NCBI GenBank assembly: GCA_051294375.1
Contig: CM119263.1
Coordinates: forward strand, 5,782,382-5,846,381
Source: Paraspadella gotoi
Lineage: Eukaryota; Animalia; Chaetognatha
DNA: 64,000 nucleotides
Direction of reading: 5' to 3'
Shown here: positions 25,230 to 38,672 of the stretch, one piece after another
Position numbering within the stretch: position 1 is the stretch's first letter
How the letters are laid out: each line of letters opens with the position of its first letter
The notes under the pieces: model-generated
Told to the model about the DNA's origin: nothing
Databases searched by the model: none
The model's input: the letters and a program-made list of their open reading frames with translations, nothing else
Made by a program: the position numbers and the translations under genes

Positions 25230-25959
25230 GGTGGAGAACGAGGAAGGGGCGAGGTTGAGAATTTTGCCGGTCGGTTGTCGGTCGGTCGGTCAAGAAAGCG
25301 GAGACTTTCTTGACGCCAACGCGCGAAAAAGGAAAAAAAACGAATTAAATCGAAGGAGAGAGAGAAAAAAAAAAAAACAGAAGAACAACGGAGTCGATTT
25401 CGATTTTCGCCGTCAGATGGCGAGAAATTCGAAAACGGGGGGAGGCGGGCGTCTGTAACTTTAGTTCGTTATTAATTCGTCTAATTATTTATTTATTCAT
25501 TTATTTTACTTTTGGACGGGAAGTTAAGTCACGTGATTTAAGTTTCGGATGGAATCAAGATAGTCGGTCGGACGTTAAATCGTTGAACAGACGAACGGAT
25601 GAATCATTTTTCGTTTTAGAGGTGGAATTTTTCGTTGATATTTATCTTGATATTTATCTTTCGCAGATGCATTCTTTGCTTATGTTTCTCTCGAACGCGG
25701 TAGTCGCATTTTCTATCAGTATGTTTATATCAGTTTGTTTATATTCTTTCCATTAGTATATAAACAAAAACAACAACAAAAACCGGACGGACGATCTTTT
25801 GTGGGTTTTTTTTTTTTTAAACACTTTCTTCTCCGCTTGAGGCGCTAAACGCGGTAAATGAGTTTTTTTTTTTTTTTTTGGTTCGTTTTCCGAAATCGTT
25901 TAATATTTTTTTAAAGACAAAAGCACCGAAATAATTTTATTCGACGAGAAGATAGCTAA

Positions 25960-26070
25960 TCAAAGGCCTGGCGAGTGATCAGTGGGCGTGGCGCCTGTTT
26001 AGACGGCCTGGCGAGTAATCGATAGGCGTGGCGAGAGATAGAAGTGGTCACGTCACATCCGGTGGCGTAA
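25960..26070. promoter_or_regulatory. Candidate COE upstream regulatory module
   Basis: Duplicated ggcctggcgagt.atc...ggcgtggcg (SP/KLF-like) followed by GTCACGTCACATCCGG (CRE/ETS-like), about 0.8 kb upstream of the COE ATG. Confidence 0.3.
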
Positions 26071-26313
26071 AACGAGGGAGAAAATCTAAGAAAAATATAA
26101 AAAGAAAATAATGAGATGGAATCTTATTGACCGGAATTTTATTTCTGAGAAAAGAAAAAAGGCGGCAAATCTAAATTTGGAAATTAAATCTTTTGTCGAG
26201 TTTTATGGTTGGAGAATAAAAAGAGGTGAAGTTTTTGAGTGAAGAATTAATATTAAAAAAATTATGAAAAATTAAAAAGTTAAAAAGAAAAAAGAAAAAA
26301 AAAATTAAAGAGG

Positions 26314-26361
<48 letters not shown>

Positions 26362-26570
26362 TTGAGGTTTTTTCCCCACGACTTCTCCAAGGCTCAGCGG
26401 AGGGACCTTCCACAGTCCACGGAGGACCTTCTTTGCCCCACAGGGTCGTCCAAGGATTAGGGACACACAGATGCCCTCTCGTGGCGCACAGTTGCTCTCT
26501 CGTGGCGCTCAGTGAACTCTCCGGGCGTGGAGACGATCTCCGGCGATATCTCTCTTGGCGCGTGTCCGCT

Positions 26571-26613
<43 letters not shown>

Positions 26614-28371
26614 TTAGATAGAGAGAGTCGGCCTTTCGTCGCGCGGGGATGCGATGAATCGAACAGGTGAATTGCGGCGACGTCGACGTAAAGGGAGGCA
26701 GTGCCGACGCTGAGGTACGCTGTCCCGACATTGGAGGATGTAGTGCCGAAGCAAAGGCCTACAGTGCCGACGCAAAGGGATGCAGAAAAACCGACAGGGG
26801 AACCAAAAGCCGACGAAAGATTCGACGCGGAGAAAAATATCGCCGACGTGGGATTCGTACTCGAAAACGCGAGAGAGAGCGAGAGGGAGAGAGAGAGAGC
26901 GAGAGACTCGCACCGAGTCGGAATGGCGAGAGAGAGAGAGAGAGCGAGAGATATCCACAGAGAGAGAAGCGCGCGCATAGGAGAGCGCGCGCGCGAGTGA
27001 GAGAGAGACAGAGAGAGAGAGAGAGCGAGACATAAGAGTCTGAGGAATATGGGCTCTGGGATTCTTGAGCCGAGAGGCGAAACGAGCTCATTCCTCCCGC
27101 GTGAGGAAGACGACGACGACGACGATGAGGACGACGACGAAAAAGACGATGAGGACGAAGACGACGACGACGTCGAGGTACACAACGACAAACCGAGAAT
27201 AAGTCATTAAACAAAACGAGCAACTGTAAACATAAACAATGAAAAATGTATTGTTTGTCCTTTGAATTATTTTGATTCGATTAAGAAAACGTAACATTTT
27301 TTTTTCTTTCCCTTTGGAACTGCGATCCTTTCTTAGTCAATCTCGAGAGAGGGAGAGAGAGACATACGACGACGACGACAACGACGACGACGACGACGTC
27401 TGCCTTGAAAAAACGCTCCTCTTCCATTTTCTTCGCTCTTCCCCCTCCTATTGGCTTCAATGTTAATCTCGCCCCTCTCCCTTTGGCTGGCGTTGATTTT
27501 CCTCTTCTTCTTATTTCTCTTCTTTCTTCTTCTTTCTTCTTCTTCTTCTTCTTCTTCTTCTTATGTTTTAACGGATGAGAGAATGAAAACGGGTTCCAAT
27601 ATCACGGCTCCTCCTCTTCCTCTTCCTCCTCCTCCTCCTCCTCACTCTCTGTCTCTCTCTATCTCTCTCGCTCTCCGTCTTTTCCTCTCAAACAGAAGAA
27701 AAGATTCGCTTCATTTTTCCTCATTTTTTCTCTCTCCTTTTTTTCGTCAGAAGCGAAATTTTGTTTCATTAATGAAACGATTTTTTGCCGAAATGAAAAA
27801 AAAATGAAAGGAAATGAGAAAGACGTCTCTTGTATGAATAGCGTGAAGAAGAAAACTAAATATTAAGTCATGGAAATGAAATGAAAGTGATAAAATGAGG
27901 CTTAATTTTTTCGTACTGGAAAACATTGAAATGTTTAAACACTTATTCTCACCACTTATCCACACCTATTTTAACCAAGTTCTGAGTACTTGAGTATGCC
28001 AGTATAAAACGGTGTGCAATGTACATTTTCTACGTTAATTAAGATATTTTTTGTACATTTAATGTTCAAATTCACAAAAACTATTATACAGAATCTGATA
28101 AAGAGAAGATTGGAAGTGAATAAAAAAAAAGAGTCTCCATTGAAAATTTGAAGGATCCGCAACATGTGATTTATTTTAAGTGGAATGGAGACCATAGCCT
28201 GTCCAAAGTAAGGGGTCGTATAAGCTTATTTTTTAATTAAATGTATAATTTTTGTCCCAGTTTCATGTTCAGCAAAAGATCAGAGTTTCGCATCTCTTCC
28301 GTTTTTTCCTTCGGACAAAACTGGTTGCGTCACGTCGGGAAGTAAAACGGAGCCAGAATTACTGTTGCAAA

Positions 28372-28465
28372 AAGCTTGGCTTGCAATGAGCTTCTTTTTT
28401 ATTGAGCTTGCCGTGCAATGAGCTTGGCTTTCAATGAGCCTTGCTTGCAATGAGCTTTGCTAGCA
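28372..28465. repeat. 16-bp tandem repeat
   Basis: caatgagcttggcttg variants repeated about 5 times. Confidence 0.75.
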
Positions 28466-28975
28466 AATGGTGGTATTGAGTGATTTGATGAAATTCGTAC
28501 ATCGATGATGATTGCTGGTTGGAGAGAAGATGATGATGAAGACAACGATGACGACGACTGAGAAAAAGAAGAAGACGACGACGATGATGATGAAGACGAC
28601 AATGAAGACGACAACGATGATGATGAAGACGACAATGAAGACGACAACGATGACGACAACGGTGACGATGATGACACGGCGACAACGAAGGCGACGATGA
28701 GGACTGAGGAAAAAAACATCGGAAGAAAAAAAATCTGGAAAAATTAACGAAGAAGGATGAAGCGAAGAGAGAGAGAGAGAAGAGGAGAGAGAGAGAGAGG
28801 AGAAGAGAGAGGAGAGAGAGAGAAGAGAGAGAGAAGAGAGAGAAGAGAAAAGAGCATTGAACATTGAACATTTATCTGAGTGGGGCTTTAGGCCCTAGTT
28901 AGGCCCTTAAAAGCGAATTAGGTAACTCTGATATGAGTTTTAAGATATTAAAAACGTTTTAAACTGACTAAAACT

Positions 28976-29014
<39 letters not shown>

Positions 29015-29709
29015 GAGGAAAGTAAAATACGTAGAAACCGAAGGTATTCACCTTAATCTGGGCGAGATTGATTGAAGTTTAAGAAACATCTACAATTCTC
29101 TCTCTTCCTCTCTCACTCGCTCTCTCTCTTTCGGTTTATTCACTGTTTCTTATCTTACACGATGGGCAAAGAAGAAAAAAAACAAAAAGCAAAATACCCA
29201 AATCAACATGAGTAATCTCTTTCTCTCTCTCTCTCTCTNNNNNNNNNNNNNNNNNNNNNNNNNNNNNNNNNNNNNNNNNNNNNNNNNNNNNNNNNNNNNN
29301 NNNNNNNNNNNNNNNNNNNNNNNNNNNNNNNNNNNNNNNNNNNNNNNNNNNNNNNNNNNNNNNNNNNNNNNNNNNNNNNNNNNNNNNNNNNNNNTCTCTC
29401 TCTCTCTCTCTCTCTCGGTCCCAAACGAGAAGTGAAAAAGCCACAAATACCAGGAGGCCATTTATCTTTAAAACCTTTACTTATGTTCGGGAAAAAGTAA
29501 AAAACAAGGATGGGGAAAAAAGGAATTGATAATCTTTTTGTGGGGATCAGAACGAAGTTGAAAAAATAAAAAAATATATATATTTAAAAAAAATTTAATT
29601 TCTATTTATGTTTAACTTGAGCTCATCAATAAAATTCTACTATTAGTTTTTTTGTCCACATTAAATTTCAACATTTAATTTGACGATGACGATCGTACGA
29701 GTCTGTCCT

Positions 29710-31183
29710 TTGATTGGCCGGCCAGAGTTGGTCATCGCCGGCCAATCAGAGGTGATACAAATATCGCGACACATGGAGTCGGCGGGGCGGAGAGCAGTAC
29801 GATGGCATGCGCGGGGCATTGACGGGGCATTGACGGTGCATTGGTGGGGTATTGGCGGCTATTGGCGGGGCATTGAACAGGGTACTGTAGGAGCATTAGC
29901 GGTGTAATTGGCGGGGTATTGGCGGGGCATTGACAAGGGTATTGGTAAGAGCATTAGAAGGCAGTAGCGGGTATTGGAGGGCATTGCCGGAGTATTGGCG
30001 GGGTATTGGCGGGCGATTGACAGGGTATTGAACGGAGCATTGGAGGGGCATTGGGCTGGGCATGGTGGGGGGGGTGGAGAGAGCATTGGTTGGCAAACTC
30101 TTGGTTAGGTAAATGCGGTTATTGCGGGAAGGAGCTGAAGATGAATATCAGTTACTATGTATATGGAACGGGGATGGCTACTACAGGTAAATTTTGAAGT
30201 AATTTTAAAAATTAATTTCAAAAGTCGAAAAAAACGGATGACAAAGTTTATTTAAACATCTCCAAATTTTGCACTATTAATTGTTAATTTTAGGATTTAA
30301 GTTAAAACACAAAACTTAATTTAAATCTGTCGAAAAAACGAAATAAATTTTTCGACCAAAAAAGAGAAAAAGTAAGGAAGATACTTTTGGGAGCGAACAG
30401 AACAGCTGGTCCTTAGCTGCACGGACGGGCGGACGGACGGACAGGTCGGACCCATCTCTCCATCTTGGTGGTGGTTGGCACAGGGGCTGCAGAGGTGGGT
30501 GAGTATGAGCAGGGGGAGGAGGAGGAGGAGGAGGAGGAGGAGGAGGTTGGAACGAGGTGCGTCATGCGAACCGAAGACAATGAGAACCACTAATCAGATC
30601 GGAACCAAATTTGGAAAGACATGGAATAAGGGAGAATAGAAGATTTGAATTAGAAGAGAAGGAGAGAGAGCGAGACACAACTACTCTTGTTTATTCTTTG
30701 ATATTTTAAACTTAGAAAAAGAACTAACATAAAAGTAATCGTTACGAATGCATCTGGTCAAAACTATACTTTAGATGAAAAAGTTGAAAACTTCATTTGT
30801 TTTGTAATTATTTATTTAATTTACGAACGAAACTAGGAACTTCGGACATACGTCAAAATATTTAGTAATCGAATGTCAATAATTAAAATCCAAAGTCAAC
30901 AGTCGTGACGTCATGTACAATTGTACATATTACCTTATATATATACCTTATATATATTACCTTATATCGATGACATCCCTTCGTCCAATCGCCAATTTTT
31001 CTTACCATGAGAAACGGACGATATAATAAATCCAGAGTGTGGCCTCGCGATTGTGATAAATCCTGTGTGGGCCTCGGCGATGGTGATAAATCCAGGGTGA
31101 ACCTCGAAGAGTCGTGAAGATCGTGAAAATCAAATTCACGTTTTGTGATTTGACGCGTGAAGGACTGGTGAAAGAGGCGGGGG

Positions 31184-31225
<42 letters not shown>

Positions 31226-31506
31226 AGAGAGGAGAAAGAGAGGAGAGAGAGAGAAGAGAGAGAGAGAGAGTCGAGGAAAGTGAAAGGAAAGGAAAAATTA
31301 TGAAAATGTTTCGGGAGACGAAGACTAAAGGGAATTGGATGCCTGAGGGAATGGCGCTCTCTCTCGGGCCGCTCAGTTGCAATGGAGAAAGCCATGAATG
31401 AGGAGGAGGAGGAGGAGGAGGGGGAAGAGGAGAGGAAGAGGAGGAGAAAACGACAAGGTAAACGGAAAAAGCGAAAGGACTAAAAAAATGGAGGAAGAGA
31501 TAGAAT

Positions 31507-31544
<38 letters not shown>

Positions 31545-31569
31545 CTCGCTCTCCTCTCTTCCTCTCTCG

Positions 31570-31618
<49 letters not shown>

Positions 31619-31713
31619 CTCTCACTCTCTCATCTCTCTCTCTCTCCTGTCTTCGACCAATGTTCGGCTAAGGTTTTATTTATGTCATTTTTCTCTTCAA
31701 AAATGAGAGAGAA

Positions 31714-31776
<63 letters not shown>

Positions 31777-33615
31777 TCTATCTCTTCTCTCCATTTTTTA
31801 GTCCTTTTCGCCTTTTCCGTTTTACCTTGTGTTCTCTCCTCTTCCTCCTCCTCTTCCCCTCCTCCTCCTCCTCCTCCTCATTCATGGCTTTCTCCATTGC
31901 AACTGACCGGCCCGAGAGAGAGCGCCATTCCCTCAGGCATCCAATTCCCTTTAGTCTTCGTCTCCCGAAACATTTCATAATTTTTCCTTTCCTTTCACTT
32001 TCCTCGGACTCTCTCTCTCTCTCTTCTCTCTCTCTCCTCTCTTCTCTCCTCTCTCTCTTCTCTCTCTCCTCTCTCTCTCTCTCTTCTCTCTCTCGCCCCC
32101 CGCCTCTTTCACCAGTCCTTCACGCGTCAAATCACAAAAACGTGAATTTGATTTTCACAGATCTTCACAGACTCTTTCGAGGTTCACCCTGGATTTATCA
32201 CCATCGCCGAGGCCCACACAGGATTTATCACAATCGCGAAGGCCACACTCTGATTTATTATATCGTCCGTTTCTCATGGTAAGAAAAATTGGCGATTGGA
32301 CGAAGGGATGTCATCGATATAAAGGTAATATATATAAGTATAATAAAGGTAGAATATACAATTGTACATACGTCACGACTGTTGACTTTGGATTTAATTA
32401 TTGACATTCGATTACTAAATATTTGACGTATGTCCGAAGTTCCTAGTTTCGTTCGTAAATTAAATAAATAATTACAAAACAAATGAAGTTTTCACTTTTT
32501 CATCTGAAAGTATAGTTTTGACCAGAATGCATTTCGTAACGATTACTTTTATGTTAGTTCTTTTTCTAAGTTTAAAATAATCAAAGAATAAAAAGAGTAG
32601 TTGTGTCTCGCTCTCTCTTCCTTCTCTTCTAATTCAAATGCTTCTATTCTCCCTTATTCATGTCTTTCCAAAATTTGGTTCCGATCTGATTAGTGGTTCT
32701 CATTGTCTTCGGTTCGCATGCCGCACCTCGTTCCAACCTCCTCCTCTCACCTCCTCCTCCTCCTCCTCTCTCCCTGTCATACTCACCCACCTCTGCAGCC
32801 CCGTGCCAACCACCACCAAGATGGAGAGATGGGTCCGACCTGTCCGCCGCGTCCGCGCCGTCCGTGCAGCTAAGGACCAGTCTGTTCTGTTTCGCTCCCA
32901 AAAGTACATTCCTTACTTTTTCTCTTTTTTGGTCGAAAAATTTATTTCGTTTTTTCGTTACAGATAATTAAGTTTTGTGTTTTAATTAAATCCTAAAATT
33001 AACAATTACTAGTGCAAAATTTGAGATGTTTAAATAAACTTTGTCATCCGTTTTTTTCGACTTTTGAAATTAATTTTTAAAATTACTTTTCAAAAAATTT
33101 ACCTGTAAGTAGCCATCCCCGTTCCATATACTAGTAACTGATATTCATTCTTCAGTCCTTCCGCAATAACCGCATTCTGTACCCTAACACAAGCGAGTTT
33201 TGCCAAACCAATTGCTCTCTCACCCCGCCCGCACCATTGCCCAGACAGCCAGCCAATGCCCCTCCAATGCTCGTCAATACCCTGTCAATGCACCCGCACA
33301 ATACCCCGCCAATACTCCTGCAATGCCCTCCAATAACCCGCTACTGCCTTCTAATGCTCTTACCAATATCCTTGTCAATCCCCGCCAATACCCCCGCCAA
33401 TACCCGCTAAATGCCCTACAGTACCCTGTTCAATTCCCCGCCAATAGCCGCCAATACCCCACCAATGCACCTGTCAATGCCCCGTCAATTGCCAGCCGCG
33501 TGCACTGCCATCGTATGCTCTCCGCCCCGCCGACTCCATGTGTCGCCATATTTGTATACCCTTTTCTTTTTTCTGATTGGCCGGCGGATGACCAATTCTG
33601 GCCGGCCAATCAAAG
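29710..33615. repeat. Large inverted duplication (fold-back), arms about 1.9 kb, centre about 31650-31700
   Basis: Mirror ORFs 30321(-)/32693(+) and 30883(-)/31827(+); arms differ mainly by small indels. Confidence 0.92.
29810..30062. repeat. About 11-bp G-rich minisatellite (GGGG[CT]ATTG[AG]C), mirrored at about 33250-33490
   Basis: Direct reading of repeated ggggcattgac / ggggtattggc units. Confidence 0.85.
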
Positions 33616-35004
33616 NNNNNNNNNNNNNNNNNNNNNNNNNAGAGAGAGAGAGAGAGCTCCGGAGTTGTAACCTTCCATAACATTAAACGTTTCCTCTTCA
33701 TCGCTCTCCTCCTCTCAATTCACCACGCCCACATCCTCCTCTTCCTCCTCCTCCCCCCCGCCCGGGACACCGACCAGTAAGACTCCCGAGAGAGAGACGC
33801 GAAAAAAAGTCGCGAGTTTTTCCCGCGGGAATAATCGGTCGGGAGGAGGAGTCGCGTTCTGATTGGTCGAGAAGATCTACTCGCGATCTGATTGGGTCAA
33901 AATCCACGGTTGCCGTCGCTTTGACCAATGGCAGCGACCTTCTGACCTCTCCGCTTAGTCAAGGGCGAATGGCGTAGAGTGAAGGGGGGAAGAGAGGGGG
34001 GGGAGAGATGGCTCAGAGGAGGAATTAAAAATGGCATCGGAAGAGGAAAGAAAATGTGGTTTCCTCTCGAAACTAGTTTTAAATTTCAGTTTGTGTTTTG
34101 ATTTACGAAATTATAATAACACTATGTCACCTTTTGATACAAGAGTCATTGCGTAATTTCGAATACTTAATCAATTCGAATGGCGGTTGGTTGTCTTTTT
34201 TTCTAATTCTAATTCCAATCTACTTAACGTGTGACGCAATGCGAAGATAATGAAAAATATTTTAAGAATTAATAAATATAGTAATATAAACTTTCTCCCG
34301 TGACGTTCAAAAACATTTAGAAAAATATTGATGCTGAAAATAGACTATTTATTCCGCATCTCAAAAATATTATTTAAAAAATTCAGCAACAATAAAACAA
34401 TAAAACAATACACCAATCCAAACAATGTTTTATATAAACTTGTAATATACCCCATCCCATGGATTTAATTTATTTTAAAGTGAATTCAGTCTCATGATAA
34501 TTTTTTTCTATCTCTTTTAAGTGAAGTTTTATTAAATTTAAGAGCTTTCTTCAGGTCTTTGTCGATGCTCAACTGTTCAATTCTTGTTCCTTAGGGACCT
34601 TCGTGAGTAGAGAGACTCCTAGCGTGCAAAAGAGTCATTTAAACAAAAGCGCAATTTTTTTTCAGATTCATATCTAAAGGAACTACATTAATTGTACATA
34701 TTATATATATTTAAAAAACAATGAAGAAATGTTTTTCACTTTTACTACTTATGAACGTTTTTATGTCTCTCATCGATATACTTGTAAATTTGTTTTTCTC
34801 TCTTTCTACGCAAGAAATAATGTCGCGAGTTTTGAAGCTAGAAAAATTTTGTTTTGATGTTAAATGAAATACATAACGTTAACAAAATAATTTTATTTTA
34901 GAAAGTACAATTCTGGACAGAATTAGTAAAGAAGAAACGTTACATTTTTGTAAATACCGTCAAAAACGAAAAAAAAAATCTTAACAACAAACTAATAATA
35001 ATTT

Positions 35005-36847
35005 CTAAACTACAGTACTCGGCGTCACCCATTTGAGGTGTCTTTCGAAAAAGTGCCTTTGGTGTTTCGTCCAGGGCACCACCCTGTTTCGATCGGGATT
35101 TCGATGGAGATCGACGCCAGAGTCCGAATCGTCTTCATAATGTGTTCGCTTCTCTGATTGGTCAATTAGGAGATGGACTTCGGACATCTTTCTCGTCTGT
35201 GATCGTTCAATTGGAAGATGGGCTTTAGAATTCAATATCTTTGTGGGTTGATCAAAATCGGTCTTTGCTGCGAATTGATCAGTTGGCGGCAGCTTCTCCT
35301 TACAATGCGAGTCTTTAATTTCATGCAAAGATTCTTCCAATTCTTTTAAGTCCATCTCGTCTTCCGTCTTACGGAATTTCTTGCTGCTATTTCCTTTGTG
35401 AAAGGTGATGTTTTTCTTATCCTCTTGGTTAGTTTCTCCATCTCCACTCATCTTCTCAACTCCTTCCTTTATCTTCTCATCTCCTTCTCTCATCTTATCG
35501 TCATCTGCTTCCATCGATGGCACCAAATCTAATTCCATCTCAACATTTGAGGAATTCAAACTCTCGATTCCAGTCGAAGAAGATTCATCATCATGTCGGC
35601 TCGAATTGTCCGACAGACTGACGGACCGACCTCTCTCCAAGAGGCCGACAAGTTTGTCTTCGAAGCCGACATCTTTGTCTTTGTCGGTAAGAAGATGAAT
35701 CTTGGAGACTTTGCTGATTTCTTGGCAATGCGATCGCGCCTTTTCCTCCTTTTCCTCATCATCCTCCAGCCTTTGCAATGGATCGTCCACTGGTATCCTC
35801 TTCATCCCGGAGCGGAGAACATCGTCGCACTGGACAGTCATCCAAGGCATGGGAGACGGAGAGACAGAGTGAGAGGGAGAGAGAGAGGAAGAGGGAGATG
35901 GAGTTAGAGTTAGAGAGGGACAGGGAGATGAAGAAGAAGAGAGAGAGGGAGAGCGTATGTGACCGAAGGAACCCTCTTCGTCAACTTCGACGAAAGACTT
36001 GAGATTCTCGTCGGCGCGAATGAAGGACATCAAATCCGATGAGATGACGGAAGCGCGTCGAGTCGACGGGGCGTTGGAGAAAGAGAGAGGGAGTGGACGG
36101 TGTGATGGGGATGTTGAAAGCAATTGGGGGCGGGGAAGTGTGAATGAGGGTGTTGAAAGGTCGGGAGAGGCGTTGGAGTGGGAAAGAGGGCTTTGATGAG
36201 CGAGTTGAGACGGGGAAGGCTCTGGAGAGGGGATATCATCAGAGTCGTCGTATTGGAAGGTGCGCTCTAGGAAATCCGCGTTCGGAGGAGAAAAAGAAGA
36301 TTTGATCGATGCGTTTGAGTCTTCAGGATTAGAGAATCGATTAATGAGCGAAGAATAGATGGAAGGTGTCGTCGTCGCCGTCTTCGTCGTCGTCGATAGA
36401 TCGTCGCGACTAAAGACGAATTCTCTTTGATTTTCGTCTCCGTTCGTCGTTGGATTCGTCGAGAAGGAGGAGGCTTCGACGGTTGCAGAGGCTCGCCAAA
36501 GCTCGTCCTCAGCGAAAAGCGGAAACGGTCGCAGAGTCCGAGGAACTTCAACTTTGGAGACAAAGTAAGGCAACCAATGCTCTTCCTCTTCCGCCTCCTC
36601 AGCCTTCTCCAGCGTATCGTCTCTCCAGCAATTCTTCGGAGACGTCAACTTCTCCAGTATTTGCTCCGAAGGGTGGTCCCACCCAAGGAATTTCCCGTCC
36701 GCCTCCAGATAATCTTCAAAAACTTCCTCGATCGACTCCAGGGAAGGAGCGTTGCGTTGGGAAGCGATTGGTGGTCGGTAGCGAAGGCCGGACGCGAGGA
36801 GGCGATGACGAAGAGGGAGGCGCGTTTGATCGGGGTGAGTGGAGAGT
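35005..36847 (-). CDS. FAM43: FAM43-like protein, coding exon 3 (long Ser/Asp-rich tail)
   Basis: Phase-2 acceptor; starts LSTHPDQTRLPLRHRLLASGLRYRPPIASQRNAPSLESIEE (FAM43-type PLR..L...YxPP....APxLxSIxE) and runs in frame into the 547-aa ORF 36648-35005; spliced product about 777 aa. Confidence 0.85.
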
Positions 36848-37223
36848 CTTTTGGGAGGGTGAGAGGGAGATAGAAATTAATACGAAAAAAAGTCAAGCAG
36901 AATAAGTTTTTTTGATAAAATTTTTTTAGAGCAGGACAACAAATAATTAATTCAAATACATAACTAATGAAACATTTTATTATTAAAACAGTTTTTGAAA
37001 CTAAAACCGTCACTTTATATCAAGAAATATATAAGTAGAACAATCCTTTAAAGCGACCTGGGTGACCCATTTCAACTAAACCAATTTTAACTCCGCTCAC
37101 CATTCTTATTCCCCCTTTCTTCCCCTTTACCCCTCTCCCCTCCACTCCCTCACTCCCACCCTTCCACGTCTTATTTCTCCCCTCCTCTTCCTCCCCTCCT
37201 CTTCCTCCTCCTCCCCCTTTTAC

Positions 37224-37561
37224 CTCGCTTCCGCTTCAACTCTCCTTCTCTCTCTCCTCCTCTGCTCCTTGGAGTATTCCTTCAGAGCGTTCTCCAACGT
37301 CTCCTTCAAGCGCCGCTCCAACTCCTCGGCGTGGCGGCGGCGCCGGCAGAACGCCGCGTGGCATCTCAGCTCCGATCTGCCCTTGGCGCCTTCGTGACGA
37401 TAGACCCAGACGAAGAGGCGGGGGTCAACGTCACGCGCCAACGCCACCAGCGTCAATCGGTTGGCGTAATATTCGGTGGAACGAAAAGGAGAAGAGGCGA
37501 CTTCCGCTTTGAGACTGTAGGGGGAAAGGATGAGGCGAAGGGGGGCGCCTCGTTTGTTGGT
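37224..37561 (-). CDS. FAM43: FAM43-like protein, coding exon 2 (PTB core)
   Basis: CCAG acceptor; encodes ...RLFVWVYRHEGAKGRSELRCHAAFC..., matching FAM43 FAWVYRHE...LRCHAV; ends in phase 2 at AG|GTAAAA. Confidence 0.9.
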
Positions 37562-38221
37562 CTGGAATGGAGGGGGGGGGCGGGGAAGGAAATGGATTAT
37601 TTCAGAGGAATTGTTGATAAAAGGTAAATCTTAAAATTGACTTTTATTTTTATAAATGCGTAATAAATAAGAGGTAGGAAATTCGAATTTTGGGAGGAAA
37701 AGATTTTTTTTTTTAACAAAAACGTCAGAAAAACGTTAAAAGTGTAAAACATAACTTTTTAAAACATTATAAGTGTATAATGCACAAAAAATGTAAAACA
37801 TATACCCAAAGATTTTAAAGATTTTAATCGCAAAATCTGAAGCGATTCTTGACAAAATAATGAACTTGACTCATTCAACTTCGGTTGGCAAAACGATCAA
37901 TAAAATGTTAACAAATAAAACGGGAAAATAATAACTTCGAGAAGAAAGTAATTTGACAGCTGACAGAGCGACAGACGGACAGACGAAAGCACTGTCTAGT
38001 GTCTGACTAAATGAAAACTCTTGAAAATCGGGGATAGAGATATTAATGGCATGCAAAGAAAACGGGGACTAATAGCTAAATGTAAATTAGATTTATGTAT
38101 CATTGTAAAAATGTACTCTTAAAATTCCGACCCTGGGAAACGAGGGACAATCAATATCGACATTGAATTCTTTAGATCTCGTCCACATAGCGGGGGTCAT
38201 CGAGAAAGAACTGGATTCAGA

Positions 38222-38260
<39 letters not shown>

Positions 38261-38345
38261 CCCACAGAGAAACTTCCTCCCGGGAAGGGTCTCCGGCTGC
38301 GGAGGATGAAGAAGCGAGAAAAATATTTATTCCGGTTTCAGTGCA

Positions 38346-38479
38346 AAAGAAAAGAAAAGAAAAAAGAATAGAAAAGAATAGAATAGAATAGAATAGAAAA
38401 GAAAAGAAAAGAAAAGAAAAGAAAAGAAAAGAAAAGAAAAGAAAAGAAAAGAAAAGAAAAGAAAAGAATAGAAAAGAAA
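38346..38479. repeat. (GAAAA/GAATA)n microsatellite in FAM43-like intron
   Basis: Direct reading. Confidence 0.9.
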
Positions 38480-38519
38480 CCCACTCACCCACAAATCCAC
38501 TTTATTAACCTCAACCTAC

Positions 38520-38672
38520 CTTCAAGAAGTTGTTCCACAAGATGTTGACGGGCCGATCGAGGCATCCTTCCCCTTTAGTCATTGAGGTCAAAACGTTGCC
38601 GAGATATCGAACGGAGAAATTCGCTTCTGATTCGTTGAGGAAAAAAGTCTTTTTCTTTTTAAGGAAATTCAT
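38520..38672 (-). CDS. FAM43: FAM43-like PTB/PID-domain protein, coding exon 1
   Basis: MNFLKKKKTFFLNESEANFSVRYLGNVLTSMTKGEGCLDRPVNILWNNFLK (FAM43-type YLG..T...KGxGC.D..V..LW); in-frame stops upstream of the ATG; donor GTAGGT, phase 0. Confidence 0.88.
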
